From Alphaproteobacteria bacterium (GTDB lineage: Bacteria > Pseudomonadota > Alphaproteobacteria > RF32 > CAG-239), in NCBI GenBank assembly GCA_017935485.1, contig JAGBHO010000054.1, forward strand, positions 67,126 through 131,125: a stretch of DNA of 64,000 nucleotides, given 5' to 3'. Positions within the stretch are counted from its first letter, which is position 1, and the number at the start of each line of letters is the position of its first letter. The position numbers were made by a program, and so were the translations under genes. The notes beneath the pieces were generated by a model, which ran no database searches, was not told the origin of the DNA, and saw only the letters and a list, made by a program, of their open reading frames with translations. This document shows, one piece after another, positions 25,862 through 34,750 of the stretch.

Positions 25862-27337
25862 TTAATCGCGGGCTTGTTCCGGCAGGTATTCGTCTTTGGC
25901 CAGATTGCCGAACTGGGCAAATTCACCGTTCCAAAAGAGTTGGATGGTGCCGGTTGAACCGTGACGCTGTTTGCCGATAATAACTTCACCGATGTTTTTG
26001 GTGCGGCGTACGCGTTCTTCCCATTCTTCCTGACGCTTTTGGAAGTGCTCCGGCGTTTCGCCGGCTTTTTGCTTGGGTTCTTCGTTTTGAATATAATAAT
26101 TCTCACGGAAGACGAACATAACAATGTCGGCATCTTGCTCGATTGAGCCGGATTCACGCAGGTCAGACATGACCGGACGTTTGTCGTCACGCTGTTCTAC
26201 GCCGCGGTTGAGCTGGGACAGAGCTATGACCGGCACGTTCAGTTCTTTGGCAAGGATTTTTAAGCCGCGGGAAATCTCGGATAATTCCTGCACGCGGTTG
26301 CCTTCGTTCTTTTTGCTGCCGGAGCCGACAATTAATTGAATATAGTCAATGACAATGGCGCCGAGTCCCTTGTTGCGGCGCAGCCGGCGGGCACGGGTAC
26401 GAATCATGTTGATGTTCAGGCCGGGGGTGTCATCAATATAAAGCGGAATTTGCTCCAGTTCCTGAACGGCGGCGGCAATACGCATGAATTCGGCTTTGTC
26501 GAGTTCACCGTTACGCATTTTTTTGCCGTTGGTTTGGGTGACGGTGGAGAGGATACGGCTGGCCAGCTGGTCAGCGGACATTTCCAGCGAGAAAAACGCG
26601 ACTCCGCGGGTTTTGGGATCCATATTTTTATTATTGGCCATATATTCGGCAACATTGTAGGCGATATTGGTGGCCAGAGCGGTTTTGCCCATGGCCGGAC
26701 GGCCGGCGATGATGATCAAGTCTGATTTGTTCAAGCCGCCGATCATATAATCCAAAGCATCCAGAGAGGTGGGCAGCCCCGAGATTTTGCCGTCTTTTTC
26801 ATAGGCTTCGGCAATCAGGTGCAGCGAATTGTTCAAGGCTTCGGAAAAGTCTACAAAGCCGCCGCGGGTGTCGCCCTGATTGGAGAGTTCGAACAGCTTT
26901 TTTTCGGCGTTTTCAATTTGGTCAAAAGCGTTGGAGTCCAAGTCTTCTTTTGTGGCTTCGTTGACAATTTCAAAACCGGTGTTAATGAGTTCGCGGCGCA
27001 GGTATTTGTCATAAATAAACTGTGCGTAATATTCGGCATTGGTCAGCGGGGAAGAGCTGTCGGCCAGTTGAACCAGGTATTTGTAGCCGCCGACTTCATC
27101 AAGCAAACCCTCCTGTTCGAAGTAGTTTTTGAGTGTGATAACGTCGGCAATGTGCCCTTTGCTGATGAGTTTGGAGATAATGTCATAAATTTTGGCATGA
27201 ACCGGATCGGCAAAGTGTTCCGGTTTTAAAAATTCGGAAACTTTTTCAAAGGCTTTGTTATTGGCAAGCAATGCACCGAGCAGCGCTTGTTCGGCTTCAA
27301 TATTCTGCGGCAGTTTGGCGGTATCTATATTTTCCAT
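25862..27337 (-). CDS. dnaB: replicative DNA helicase
   Basis: 491 aa with Walker A GRPAMGKT, and the DnaB N-terminal domain and RecA-like core motifs. Confidence 0.95.
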   Translation of the reverse strand: MENIDTAKLPQNIEAEQALLGALLANNKAFEKVSEFLKPEHFADPVHAKIYDIISKLISKGHIADVITLKNYFEQEGLLDEVGGYKYLVQLADSSSPLTNAEYYAQFIYDKYLRRELINTGFEIVNEATKEDLDSNAFDQIENAEKKLFELSNQGDTRGGFVDFSEALNNSLHLIAEAYEKDGKISGLPTSLDALDYMIGGLNKSDLIIIAGRPAMGKTALATNIAYNVAEYMANNKNMDPKTRGVAFFSLEMSADQLASRILSTVTQTNGKKMRNGELDKAEFMRIAAAVQELEQIPLYIDDTPGLNINMIRTRARRLRRNKGLGAIVIDYIQLIVGSGSKKNEGNRVQELSEISRGLKILAKELNVPVIALSQLNRGVEQRDDKRPVMSDLRESGSIEQDADIVMFVFRENYYIQNEEPKQKAGETPEHFQKRQEEWEERVRRTKNIGEVIIGKQRHGSTGTIQLFWNGEFAQFGNLAKDEYLPEQARD

Positions 27338-27445
27338 AATTTATAACAGTCCTGATGTTTTTAACCTGATTTTTTATAGCGAAGATTTTTGTAAAACTCA
27401 AAGGATTTCGCCGCAGATTTTGCACAGGCTGTTAATTATGGGGAT

Positions 27446-27472
27446 AAAAAAAGAACTCCCGAGGGAGTTCTT
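27446..27472 (-). terminator. intrinsic terminator after rpmB
   Basis: aagaactccc/gggagttctt stem, followed by T7 on the minus strand. Confidence 0.75.
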
Positions 27473-27496
27473 GATAAAAACTTCTGAAGAAAGTGC

Positions 27497-27790
27497 TTAT
27501 TCAGCGGCAGCAGCTTTGCTTTTTGCAATTGATTTTTTGATTTTAACTGCTTCTTCAGTCAATTTTGTATTAGAAGTAGCTTCCAAGTAAGCATCCAAAC
27601 CACCATTGTGTTCAATAGAACGCAAAGTTTTGGAGCAAACTTTCAGTTTGAAGATTTTGCCTAATGTTTCGCTCAGCAGAGAAACATTCTGCAAGTTCGG
27701 CAAAAAGCGGCGGCGGGTTTTGTTGTTAGCGTGGCTAACGTTGTTTCCGCTCATAGCGCCGGTTCCTGCGATATCACATTTTTTAGCCAT
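27497..27790 (-). CDS. rpmB: 50S ribosomal protein L28
   Basis: 97 aa; MAKKCDIAGTGAMSGNNVSHANNKTRRRFLPNLQ is the L28 signature. Confidence 0.95.
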   Translation of the reverse strand: MAKKCDIAGTGAMSGNNVSHANNKTRRRFLPNLQNVSLLSETLGKIFKLKVCSKTLRSIEHNGGLDAYLEATSNTKLTEEAVKIKKSIAKSKAAAAE

Positions 27791-27939
27791 TGTTATAATC
27801 CTTTGTCTTAACCATAAAATAAACCTGTTGGCTTGTTAATAACTACAATTTTGCTAGAAGTCAAGAAAAAATTGAGATAAATGACTTTTTTTGTAGAATT
27901 ATTGAAAATTTTGTTGTAATACTATTCGCGACAGTTTAT

Positions 27940-28016
27940 GTACCCGTAGCTCAGTTGGATAGAGTATCGGCCTCCGACGCCGAGGGTCGTGGGTTCGAAT
28001 CCCTCCGGGTACGCCA
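27940..28016 (+). tRNA. tRNA-Arg (anticodon CCG)
   Basis: 77-nt cloverleaf folded by hand: acceptor gtacccg/cgggtac, D arm gctc-agttggata-gagt, anticodon arm tcggc-ctCCGac-gccga, T arm gtggg-ttcgaat-ccctc (one U-U mismatch), encoded CCA. Confidence 0.9.
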
Positions 28017-28270
28017 CTTCAAAATCCCCTGCATTGCTGGGGATTTTTTGTGATGTACCCTTCCGTTCAAACATCGCAGGAGCTTGTTTTCACGGGGAGG
28101 GATCCAAGCTTTCTTAGTTTCGCTGCGGTTGCTGCCGCTTTCCTTGCTCAACAAGTAAAGCTAGGGATACGTGCCAAAAATCTGACGTTGGTCAGTTTTT
28201 TGTCCCTATCCCCGTCCGGGTACGCCATAAATAAATGCCACCTCTTGCAGGTGGCATTTATTTATGTTGA
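27998..28270 (+). repeat. 273-bp direct repeat, copy 1 (starts inside the tRNA-Arg T-loop)
   Basis: Repeated at 28390..28662 (offset 392) with about seven substitutions by my count. Contains two copies of the tRNA 3'-end 13-mer tccgggtacgcca (28004, 28215). Confidence 0.9.
28021..28049 (+). terminator. intrinsic terminator after tRNA-Arg
   Basis: aaaatcccc-tgcattgct-ggggatttt + TT. An identical copy lies at 28413..28441. Confidence 0.75.
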
Positions 28271-28296
28271 GTATCGGCGGATTTGAACCCACGAGG
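28269..28296. other. rearranged tRNA-Arg fragments
   Basis: gagtatcggc (identical to tRNA positions 27962..27971) is fused to ggatttgaacccacgagg, the reverse complement of a T-arm copy (tcgtgggttcaaatcc versus tRNA tcgtgggttcgaatcc). Confidence 0.55.
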
Positions 28297-28389
28297 AAGT
28301 GGGTTTGACTACCAGCGAGAGGCGGGCGGAAGAACGCCGGTACGCGGAAGCGTATGAGCGCCCGTGCAACTCAAGCTATAGCGCAGAGT

Positions 28390-28662
28390 AATCCCTCCGG
28401 GTACGCCACTTCAAAATCCCCTGCATTGCTGGGGATTTTTTGTGATGTACCTTTCCGTTCAAACATCGCAGGAGCTTGTTTTCACGGGGAGGGCTCCAAG
28501 CTTTCTTAGTTTCGTTGCGGTTGCTGCCGCTTTCCTTGCTTAACAAGTAAAGCTAGGGATACGTGTCAAAAATCTGACGTTGGTCAGTTTTTTGTCCCTA
28601 TCCCCGTCCGGGTACGCCATAAATAAACGCCACCTCTTGCAGATGGCATTTATTTATGTTGG
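28390..28662 (+). repeat. 273-bp direct repeat, copy 2 (begins with a 19-nt exact copy of the tRNA-Arg 3' end)
   Basis: aatccctccgggtacgcca at 28390..28408, preceded by a D-arm-like agctatagcgcagagta. Further 13-mer copies at 28396 and 28607. Confidence 0.9.
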
Positions 28663-28671
28663 GTGTTGTCT

Positions 28672-29178
28672 TCAAACAGGAAAACAGGTCAGGTAAAAGC
28701 TGGTCAGGAGCAGGAGGATGAGCGGCAAAACAACTTTTTCAAACGGAAAATGGGCATGTCCGCCGTTTTTCATTTTCATCCATTGATAGAATTTTTGCGA
28801 ATATATGTAGATAAGCATGCCTAACATTGAGCTGAACAAAATAGGGTCGAGGTAGAAAATCTGCCAAATAATCCGCGGTTGGTAGCTTATTTCACTTATA
28901 TAAATAAAGCCGATCATTCCGACAGAAATAAGCATGAGCAAAAAGTTTCGCCCGAAAAAGTGCCAATTTCTTTTATCAAAAAATATTATTGTCCAGTAGC
29001 CGAGTAATGTCAGCAATGCTCCGGCCCACAAACCTACAATCGAGTCTTCTATGCCGAGTTTTCTGGCAATGCCGACAGAGGCTCCGATTGCTACGGTACA
29101 TACGGCACAGGCCGGATTGGCAAAGGCTTTTAGGGGGAGTAAGAATGATGCGGATAAAAATAATATAAACTTTTTCAT
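28672..29178 (-). CDS. membrane protein with signal peptide, function unknown
   Basis: 168 aa; MKKFILFLSASFLLPLKAFA followed by about four TM segments. Confidence 0.6.
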   Translation of the reverse strand: MKKFILFLSASFLLPLKAFANPACAVCTVAIGASVGIARKLGIEDSIVGLWAGALLTLLGYWTIIFFDKRNWHFFGRNFLLMLISVGMIGFIYISEISYQPRIIWQIFYLDPILFSSMLGMLIYIYSQKFYQWMKMKNGGHAHFPFEKVVLPLILLLLTSFYLTCFPV

Positions 29179-29269
29179 ATTTTCTTTCCTTTATATAGTT
29201 TGACTTATATGTATATTTTATACTATATATTAAAATTGTCAATAATTAAGATTAAGCCGTTTTTGATGC

Positions 29270-29297
29270 AAAAAAAAGCCTGCGTTGAGCAGGCTTT
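29270..29297 (-). terminator. intrinsic terminator after the DUF805 gene
   Basis: aaagcctgc-gttga-gcaggcttt, followed by T8 on the minus strand. Confidence 0.75.
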
Positions 29298-29314
29298 ATA
29301 AAATGCGGCAGGAC

Positions 29315-29665
29315 TTATTTGACAGGTTTGCCGTGAGTGTTGTCTTTATCTTCGCCTTTGAGGCAGAGGAGATAAATGTTGTAAAGCGGTGCCAAAAGCC
29401 ACCAGCCGGTTTTTCCCAAGTCGTGCATACGACGAATGCCGAGGCAGACACACGGGCAAAAAACAGCCAGAGAGTATAAGCTTGACAGTATATGCAATCC
29501 GGTAATTCCAGCGATAATTGAAATAACAATGCTTACGATGAAGTTGAACAAGACAAAATACCAATACATCGGGCGATTGGCACGACCCTGATAGTTTATA
29601 TAGTCATTTTTCAAAGTATTGATAAAATATTCATTAAAAAGTTGTTTTATTTTTACAGCATCCAT
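29315..29665 (-). CDS. DUF805 (YhaH-like) membrane protein
   Basis: 116 aa; GRANRPMYWYFVLFN and RRMHDLGKTGWWLL are DUF805 signatures. Confidence 0.8.
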   Translation of the reverse strand: MDAVKIKQLFNEYFINTLKNDYINYQGRANRPMYWYFVLFNFIVSIVISIIAGITGLHILSSLYSLAVFCPCVCLGIRRMHDLGKTGWWLLAPLYNIYLLCLKGEDKDNTHGKPVK

Positions 29666-29876
29666 TGCTGTTCTCCTTACGTAGTTGATTTTATGTATAA
29701 AAAGCAGACAGCTTTTTATTGGGTTTTATCTAATCCTTTTTTACGGCGGATGACAACAGAATAAGGAAATCTATCCTATGTTATTTATTGCCGTTTGGGA
29801 AGGCCGGTTGACTTTTTTGCCTGATAATGGTAGTGTTTGCTCCGATAAAGAATTATTTACTTAAATATTTATAATT

Positions 29877-30599
29877 ATGGAAATTTATTCGGAAAATTTG
29901 GTTCCAGACTGGTGGGACGGGTGTTTTAATCCGGTTGACGTGAAGTGTTCGTTGGATTTTAAGATTGTTGCCAGCAAAATCGGTTCGGATTCCTTATGGC
30001 AGGAAAGAAAGTCTGCGATCTTTATGAATGAAACTACCTCAATGTTTTTGCAGTCTTTTGTTATGATTGAGGATGGCGTGTACAGGAACCATGCTTATTT
30101 CAGTTTGGTAAAAGAAAAAGATGCCGCGGTTTCCTGTCCGGATTGTCCTAACGATATGTTGACTTTTGAGCGGTTTTATATTGATGCGACCGGTTACGGG
30201 GCGAAGGTTGAAAAGAACGTCTACTCTGCTTTTCATGCGTTGATGCTGCCGCCTTTTCAGGGACAGACCGGCTATTGTATCGGTGCCGTATTTTATGAGA
30301 CAAAGTTTGACGGGAAGACCGGCAAAAAGAAAACCGATCCGTATTTGGTAACGTCGGAAGAGTTTTGTAAAAATGTGCCGTGGCGGCATTTGATAAAATA
30401 TGCCAAGCCGTATAATGAGTATTTTAGAGCGGCGCAGGTGCAGAAGTTTCCGGGTAAGATTTATACCCAAATAAACGGGAGAATGAGAAAAGTTGTTCCT
30501 CTGTATATTACCGGGAATTGTATCGGGGCTGAGATTCTCGATGGTGAGATACCGGGATGCCGGGAATATGTGTCTTTCGAGGATTATTTAAAATTGTAA
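29877..30599 (+). CDS. hypothetical cytoplasmic protein
   Basis: 240-aa ORF with no recognisable motif and no obvious SD. Confidence 0.5.
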   Translation: MEIYSENLVPDWWDGCFNPVDVKCSLDFKIVASKIGSDSLWQERKSAIFMNETTSMFLQSFVMIEDGVYRNHAYFSLVKEKDAAVSCPDCPNDMLTFERFYIDATGYGAKVEKNVYSAFHALMLPPFQGQTGYCIGAVFYETKFDGKTGKKKTDPYLVTSEEFCKNVPWRHLIKYAKPYNEYFRAAQVQKFPGKIYTQINGRMRKVVPLYITGNCIGAEILDGEIPGCREYVSFEDYLKL

Positions 30600-30643
30600 C
30601 AAAAAGAGCCGGAAGTTTTTGATTTTCCGGCTCTTTGTTTTTT
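30600..30643. terminator. bidirectional intrinsic terminator between convergent genes
   Basis: A5, then aaagagccggaa-gtttttgatt-ttccggctcttt, then a T-run. Confidence 0.8.
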
Positions 30644-31496
30644 AAAACAGTTTTTTGAAGAAATTTTTGATTTTGCCGGCCGGCGTCAAGAAAACCTTGT
30701 CCCATTCAACAGCGTTGTAAGTATACGGATAGCCTTTGCCGTTCAGATAAAAGATATTTTTCCATTGGTGCGTTTTGTATTTTCCTTTGGCAACCAATTT
30801 TGTTTCTTCCTGATTGATGGCAAACAATCCGGCTGTTTGGTGTTCTTTGAAGACCAGATATGCATTTTTGAATGTGCTTATATATCGTTCTTCGGCCAAA
30901 AGTTTATAGGCCTCCGCTTTTTTTACGTAGCCGTAAATTCTTGTTTTGTTGCAGTACGGTACTTCTATCAGCTCTTTTGTTGACGGAAGTCCGTAGCTGT
31001 AAATATCAGAATATCCGTCGTTTCTGTCGGCAATGACATATTCTTTGCCGGTAAAATACGGTTTGTCGTATTTTTTTTGGCAGATATCGGACGTTCCCTT
31101 ATGGATAAAGCTCAATATATATTTTTTTTCGGGAAGAAATTGAATGTAAAAAATTCTTTTTCCAAACGGAGTGTCATAGTAATCTGCCGTTCCCAGAAGT
31201 TGGCCGGTGTCAGAGAATTTGTCCGTGCGCAGGTACCAACGGTTTTCTTTTTTGTAGAGCAAACAGTCGTTACGGTTTTCAACTTCCGAACAATGTTCCG
31301 GCGACCGGAACAGCTTTTCGCGGCTTAATCCGAAAAAACGGAAATCGTCGGCAGCATTTCCGATCAGGGCTTCTTGTGCAAAATTACGGCATAGTGCATA
31401 AGGGCCTTCGGCCAATTTTTCAAAATCTTCTTTTGTACTGTCCCACAGCCATAAAATGTAAAGGCTGCCTTTTTGAGTAATAATAAAGTTTTTCAT
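30642..31496 (-). CDS. hypothetical protein
   Basis: 284-aa ORF rich in aromatic residues and Lys, with no recognisable motif. Confidence 0.5.
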   Translation of the reverse strand: MKNFIITQKGSLYILWLWDSTKEDFEKLAEGPYALCRNFAQEALIGNAADDFRFFGLSREKLFRSPEHCSEVENRNDCLLYKKENRWYLRTDKFSDTGQLLGTADYYDTPFGKRIFYIQFLPEKKYILSFIHKGTSDICQKKYDKPYFTGKEYVIADRNDGYSDIYSYGLPSTKELIEVPYCNKTRIYGYVKKAEAYKLLAEERYISTFKNAYLVFKEHQTAGLFAINQEETKLVAKGKYKTHQWKNIFYLNGKGYPYTYNAVEWDKVFLTPAGKIKNFFKKLF

Positions 31497-31638
31497 GACA
31501 TAAAAGTATTTAATCAGACATATTTTTATTTTGACACGCCGAGCTTATCATAATGCGAAAAGGAAGTCAACAAGCGCTTGAAACTGCGGAATTTGACTTT
31601 ATATCTGCGGGTATAACCTTTTTTGAAAGGAGGATGGT

Positions 31639-32613
31639 ATGGAAAAAGTGTTTTTGATGAATAAGGTGCAGGATTTTGTTGACGATTTGCAAAAATCCGG
31701 CGGCCGGCCGCTGTATGAGCTGACGCCACAGGAGGCCAGAAACGTTTTGTCTGAGGTTCAAAAGGCCGGCGCGGCGGCTCCGGCAGTAAAGATTGAGGAT
31801 ATTGAGGTCGAAACCAACAGCGGGCGGAAAATGCCGGTAAAAATCGTTTCTCCGAAAGGTAATAGAAAAGTTTTGCCGTTGGTATTTTATATTCACGGCG
31901 GCGGCTGGGTTATGGGTGATGACAAGACGCATGCCCGTCTGGTGGCCGAACTGGCGGCAAAAATTCCGGCAGTGGTGGCCTTTCCGGTATATACGCCGTC
32001 ACCGGAAGCACAGTTTCCGGATACGACGGACGATTTGTTTGCGGTTTTGCAATATATTGCGGCTTATGCCGACAAATATGGTGCCGATGCATCCCGTCTG
32101 GCTGTTGCCGGAGACAGTGTCGGCGGCAATATGGCGATTGCAATGACATTGATGGCAAAGGCAAACGGCAACCAGCCGGAAATTAAGACACAGGCGTTAT
32201 TTTATCCGGTGACTGATGCAGCCTTTGAGACAGAATCGTATTTGGAATTTGCCAACGGGCCATGGTTAACGAAAAAGGCCATGGAATGGTTTTGGCAGCA
32301 ATATGCTTCGAACGAGCAAGACCGCGAAGATATTTTGGCCAGTCCGCTGCGGGCGGAGCCGCATGCTTTGGAAGGGTTGCCGCCGGCGTTGGTAATAACG
32401 GACGAAAACGATGTTTTGCGTGACGAAGGCGAGGCTTTTGCCCGTAAGCTGAACGAGGCCGGCGTGGCGGTCGTTTCTTTGCGCTTTGCCGGAACAATTC
32501 ATGACTTTATGATGTTGAATGCACTGGCAGATTCCGCACCGTCAAAAGCGGCGGTTTTGATGGCTGCGGCCTATTTGCGGCAAAGGCTGGAGGATGAACC
32601 GGCAGAAAAATAA
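31639..32613 (+). CDS. alpha/beta hydrolase, HSL/arylacetamide-deacetylase-type esterase
   Basis: HGGGW oxyanion motif and GDSVGG nucleophile elbow. GGAGG SD upstream. Confidence 0.88.
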   Translation: MEKVFLMNKVQDFVDDLQKSGGRPLYELTPQEARNVLSEVQKAGAAAPAVKIEDIEVETNSGRKMPVKIVSPKGNRKVLPLVFYIHGGGWVMGDDKTHARLVAELAAKIPAVVAFPVYTPSPEAQFPDTTDDLFAVLQYIAAYADKYGADASRLAVAGDSVGGNMAIAMTLMAKANGNQPEIKTQALFYPVTDAAFETESYLEFANGPWLTKKAMEWFWQQYASNEQDREDILASPLRAEPHALEGLPPALVITDENDVLRDEGEAFARKLNEAGVAVVSLRFAGTIHDFMMLNALADSAPSKAAVLMAAAYLRQRLEDEPAEK

Positions 32614-32665
32614 GTTATTTCGTTTTCTTGGAAAAAAGCTCCCTTTTAATAAGGGAGCTTTTGCG

Positions 32666-33235
32666 TTATTGCAGGGTTATGATTTTTTGGGCAATTTGTT
32701 CCGCCAGTTTGGCCAGCAGGCGGCTTTGGGCCGAAACCAGTTCTTCATAGTCCGTGCCGGCAGGTTGTGACAAATTGCTTTGACCGCGATACAGGATTGT
32801 ACCGGTGCGGTTTAAGATATACCACCAGGCTTCAAGTTTGGCGTCTTTGCCGAACTCGCCGTCAAAACGGTTGATTTCCAAAGATACGGTATAAGTATAG
32901 TTGTCGCTTATGATACTTGCCGGTTTGATAAAAGATTTCGGCAGCAGGTAAGCCATATCCGATGCCAGTGTCCGTTGGATAATGCCGGAAAGGGGCGAGC
33001 TCCAGCGGTTGAACTCCGAGATGTTATATTCGACGGCGTTTTGGGTTGTTACGATTTGCGGACGGCTGACATATTCCGGAATTTGGACTTCCTGAATGCC
33101 GATATTTAATATTTTCCGGCTGATTGGTTCAGCGGGCAGGGTTTCAAGCATATAAAACTGAGAGGGCGGGCTGTCGCTGAAGCTCAGGCAGCCGCAAAGA
33201 AGAAAGAACAGGCACAGGCTTATGGCTTTTTTCAT
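32666..33235 (-). CDS. ABC-transport auxiliary lipoprotein (PqiC/YmbA-like, DUF330)
   Basis: 189 aa with lipobox LLCGC. Last gene of the MlaE/F/D-type operon; ATGA overlap with the upstream gene. Confidence 0.75.
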   Translation of the reverse strand: MKKAISLCLFFLLCGCLSFSDSPPSQFYMLETLPAEPISRKILNIGIQEVQIPEYVSRPQIVTTQNAVEYNISEFNRWSSPLSGIIQRTLASDMAYLLPKSFIKPASIISDNYTYTVSLEINRFDGEFGKDAKLEAWWYILNRTGTILYRGQSNLSQPAGTDYEELVSAQSRLLAKLAEQIAQKIITLQ

Positions 33236-34008
33236 TTTTCTTTTCCTTTCAAAATTGCTTCCGGATGACGTTCCAGATAATCGGTTAAGTTGCGGAAGGC
33301 ATTGGCGGCATCGCGGATACCGGTCATGGTCTGATTGAAGTTATACAATGTTCCGGTGACGGCACGCGGGTTGCTGCCGATTAATGTATCTATTTTATCA
33401 ATAATGCTTTCAACCTGCGGCATTTGATTGTTGAGGCCGGTAAAGAATTTGTTGAAATTGTCAATGCTTTGTCTGACCGGCAGGCTTTGCAGGTCTCTTG
33501 AGAGTTCGGCCAGAGAAGACAAGGTTGTCGGCACAACCAAATAGTCTTGTTTGTTGGGCTGGGTATAGGCCGGAGAATTGGGCAGAATGGCAAATTCAAT
33601 CATCAATTGGCCGGTAACATAGCTTTTGGTTGTCAGACGGGCGCGAAGGCCTTTTTGTATCATCTTTTCCAGAAGTTTCTTTTTGTTGCGGTATTCGGCA
33701 ATTGCTTTGATGTTCTGGTTGTTGAGCTCGGCAAAAACCACAATGCTGAAGTCCATGGAATCGGGATCGGCGATAATGCCGATTTTGGTGACGTTTCCGA
33801 TTTCCACCCCTTTGAAGACAACGGCGGAACCGACATTCAGGCCTTTGATTGATTCTTCAAAATACATGACGACGGTATTTTTTTTGTTGCTTAATATGTT
33901 ATTTTTGACATATATGCCTGCCGTTATGACGATAATGGCAATACCGGCGGCAATAAAAAGGCCGATCAGGGTTTTATTGGGTTGTTTAGGCATTTTTTTC
34001 TCCTCCAC
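33232..34008 (-). CDS. MlaD/MCE-domain protein
   Basis: 258 aa with an N-terminal TM followed by an MCE domain (VVMYFEESIKGLNVGSAVVFKGVEIGNV). Start could be 33993. Confidence 0.85.
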   Translation of the reverse strand: MEEKKMPKQPNKTLIGLFIAAGIAIIVITAGIYVKNNILSNKKNTVVMYFEESIKGLNVGSAVVFKGVEIGNVTKIGIIADPDSMDFSIVVFAELNNQNIKAIAEYRNKKKLLEKMIQKGLRARLTTKSYVTGQLMIEFAILPNSPAYTQPNKQDYLVVPTTLSSLAELSRDLQSLPVRQSIDNFNKFFTGLNNQMPQVESIIDKIDTLIGSNPRAVTGTLYNFNQTMTGIRDAANAFRNLTDYLERHPEAILKGKEK

Positions 34009-34750
34009 GGGTCAGGAATTCGCGAAGTTTGGGGTTTGCGGTTGTTTTTAGCAGTTCTTTGGGGTTGCCGTAACCGGCAATGCTTTTGGTATCGGCGTCC
34101 AAAAAGATTGAGTTGCTGCCGATGGTAAAAATCGAATCGAGCTCATGAGTCACAACAACGATGGTTGTTCCCAGGCTGTGATTGATGTCCAGAATCAGGT
34201 CATCGAGCAGTTTTGAGCTTATCGGATCCAGCCCGGCAGAAGGCTCGTCAAAATAAACGATTTTGGGATCGAGCGCCAATGCTCTGGCCAGTCCGGCGCG
34301 TTTGTTCATGCCGCCGCTGATTTCGGACGGGTAAAAGTCTTCAAATCCGGTCAGTCCGACAAGTGCCAGCTTTAAAGAGACCAGTTCTTTTATCAGGCGG
34401 GCGGAGTAATTGGTGTAGCGTTGCAGAGGCAGGGCGATGTTTTCGGCCAGAGTCATGGAACTGAACAAGGCGCCGCTTTGGTAGAGTATGCCGCAATGCT
34501 GCATGATTTCGTTTCTTTGCTGCGGCGTTGCCGCCGTAAAATCGGTGCCGCCAATGCAGATTTGTCCGCTGAAGGGCTGCAACAGGCCGGTCAGGGCTTT
34601 CAACAGCGTGCTTTTGCCGCCGCCGCTGGCGCCCATGATGATAAAGACATCGCCTTTATTAACCTGAAAACTGATGTCTTTCATCAGGATAAAATCTCCG
34701 TATCCCAAGGTCAGGTTGCTGACTTCTATTTCCGGCTGTTGTTTTTTCAT
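33986..34750 (-). CDS. ABC transporter ATP-binding protein (MlaF-like)
   Basis: Walker A GASGGGKST, signature ISGGMNKR, Walker B VYFDEP. Confidence 0.9.
   Translation of the reverse strand: MKKQQPEIEVSNLTLGYGDFILMKDISFQVNKGDVFIIMGASGGGKSTLLKALTGLLQPFSGQICIGGTDFTAATPQQRNEIMQHCGILYQSGALFSSMTLAENIALPLQRYTNYSARLIKELVSLKLALVGLTGFEDFYPSEISGGMNKRAGLARALALDPKIVYFDEPSAGLDPISSKLLDDLILDINHSLGTTIVVVTHELDSIFTIGSNSIFLDADTKSIAGYGNPKELLKTTANPKLREFLTRGGEKNA

Noticed and set aside
28269-28408. The tRNA-like 3' end preceded by about 120 nt of unique sequence as a tmRNA (possibly the two-piece alphaproteobacterial type) or a second tRNA
   Set aside because: There is no 5' acceptor strand complementary to cgggtac in the right place. 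I found no resume codon or tag ORF (ANDN...-type). The T-arm copy is inverted and cannot pair. It is best read as recombination debris.
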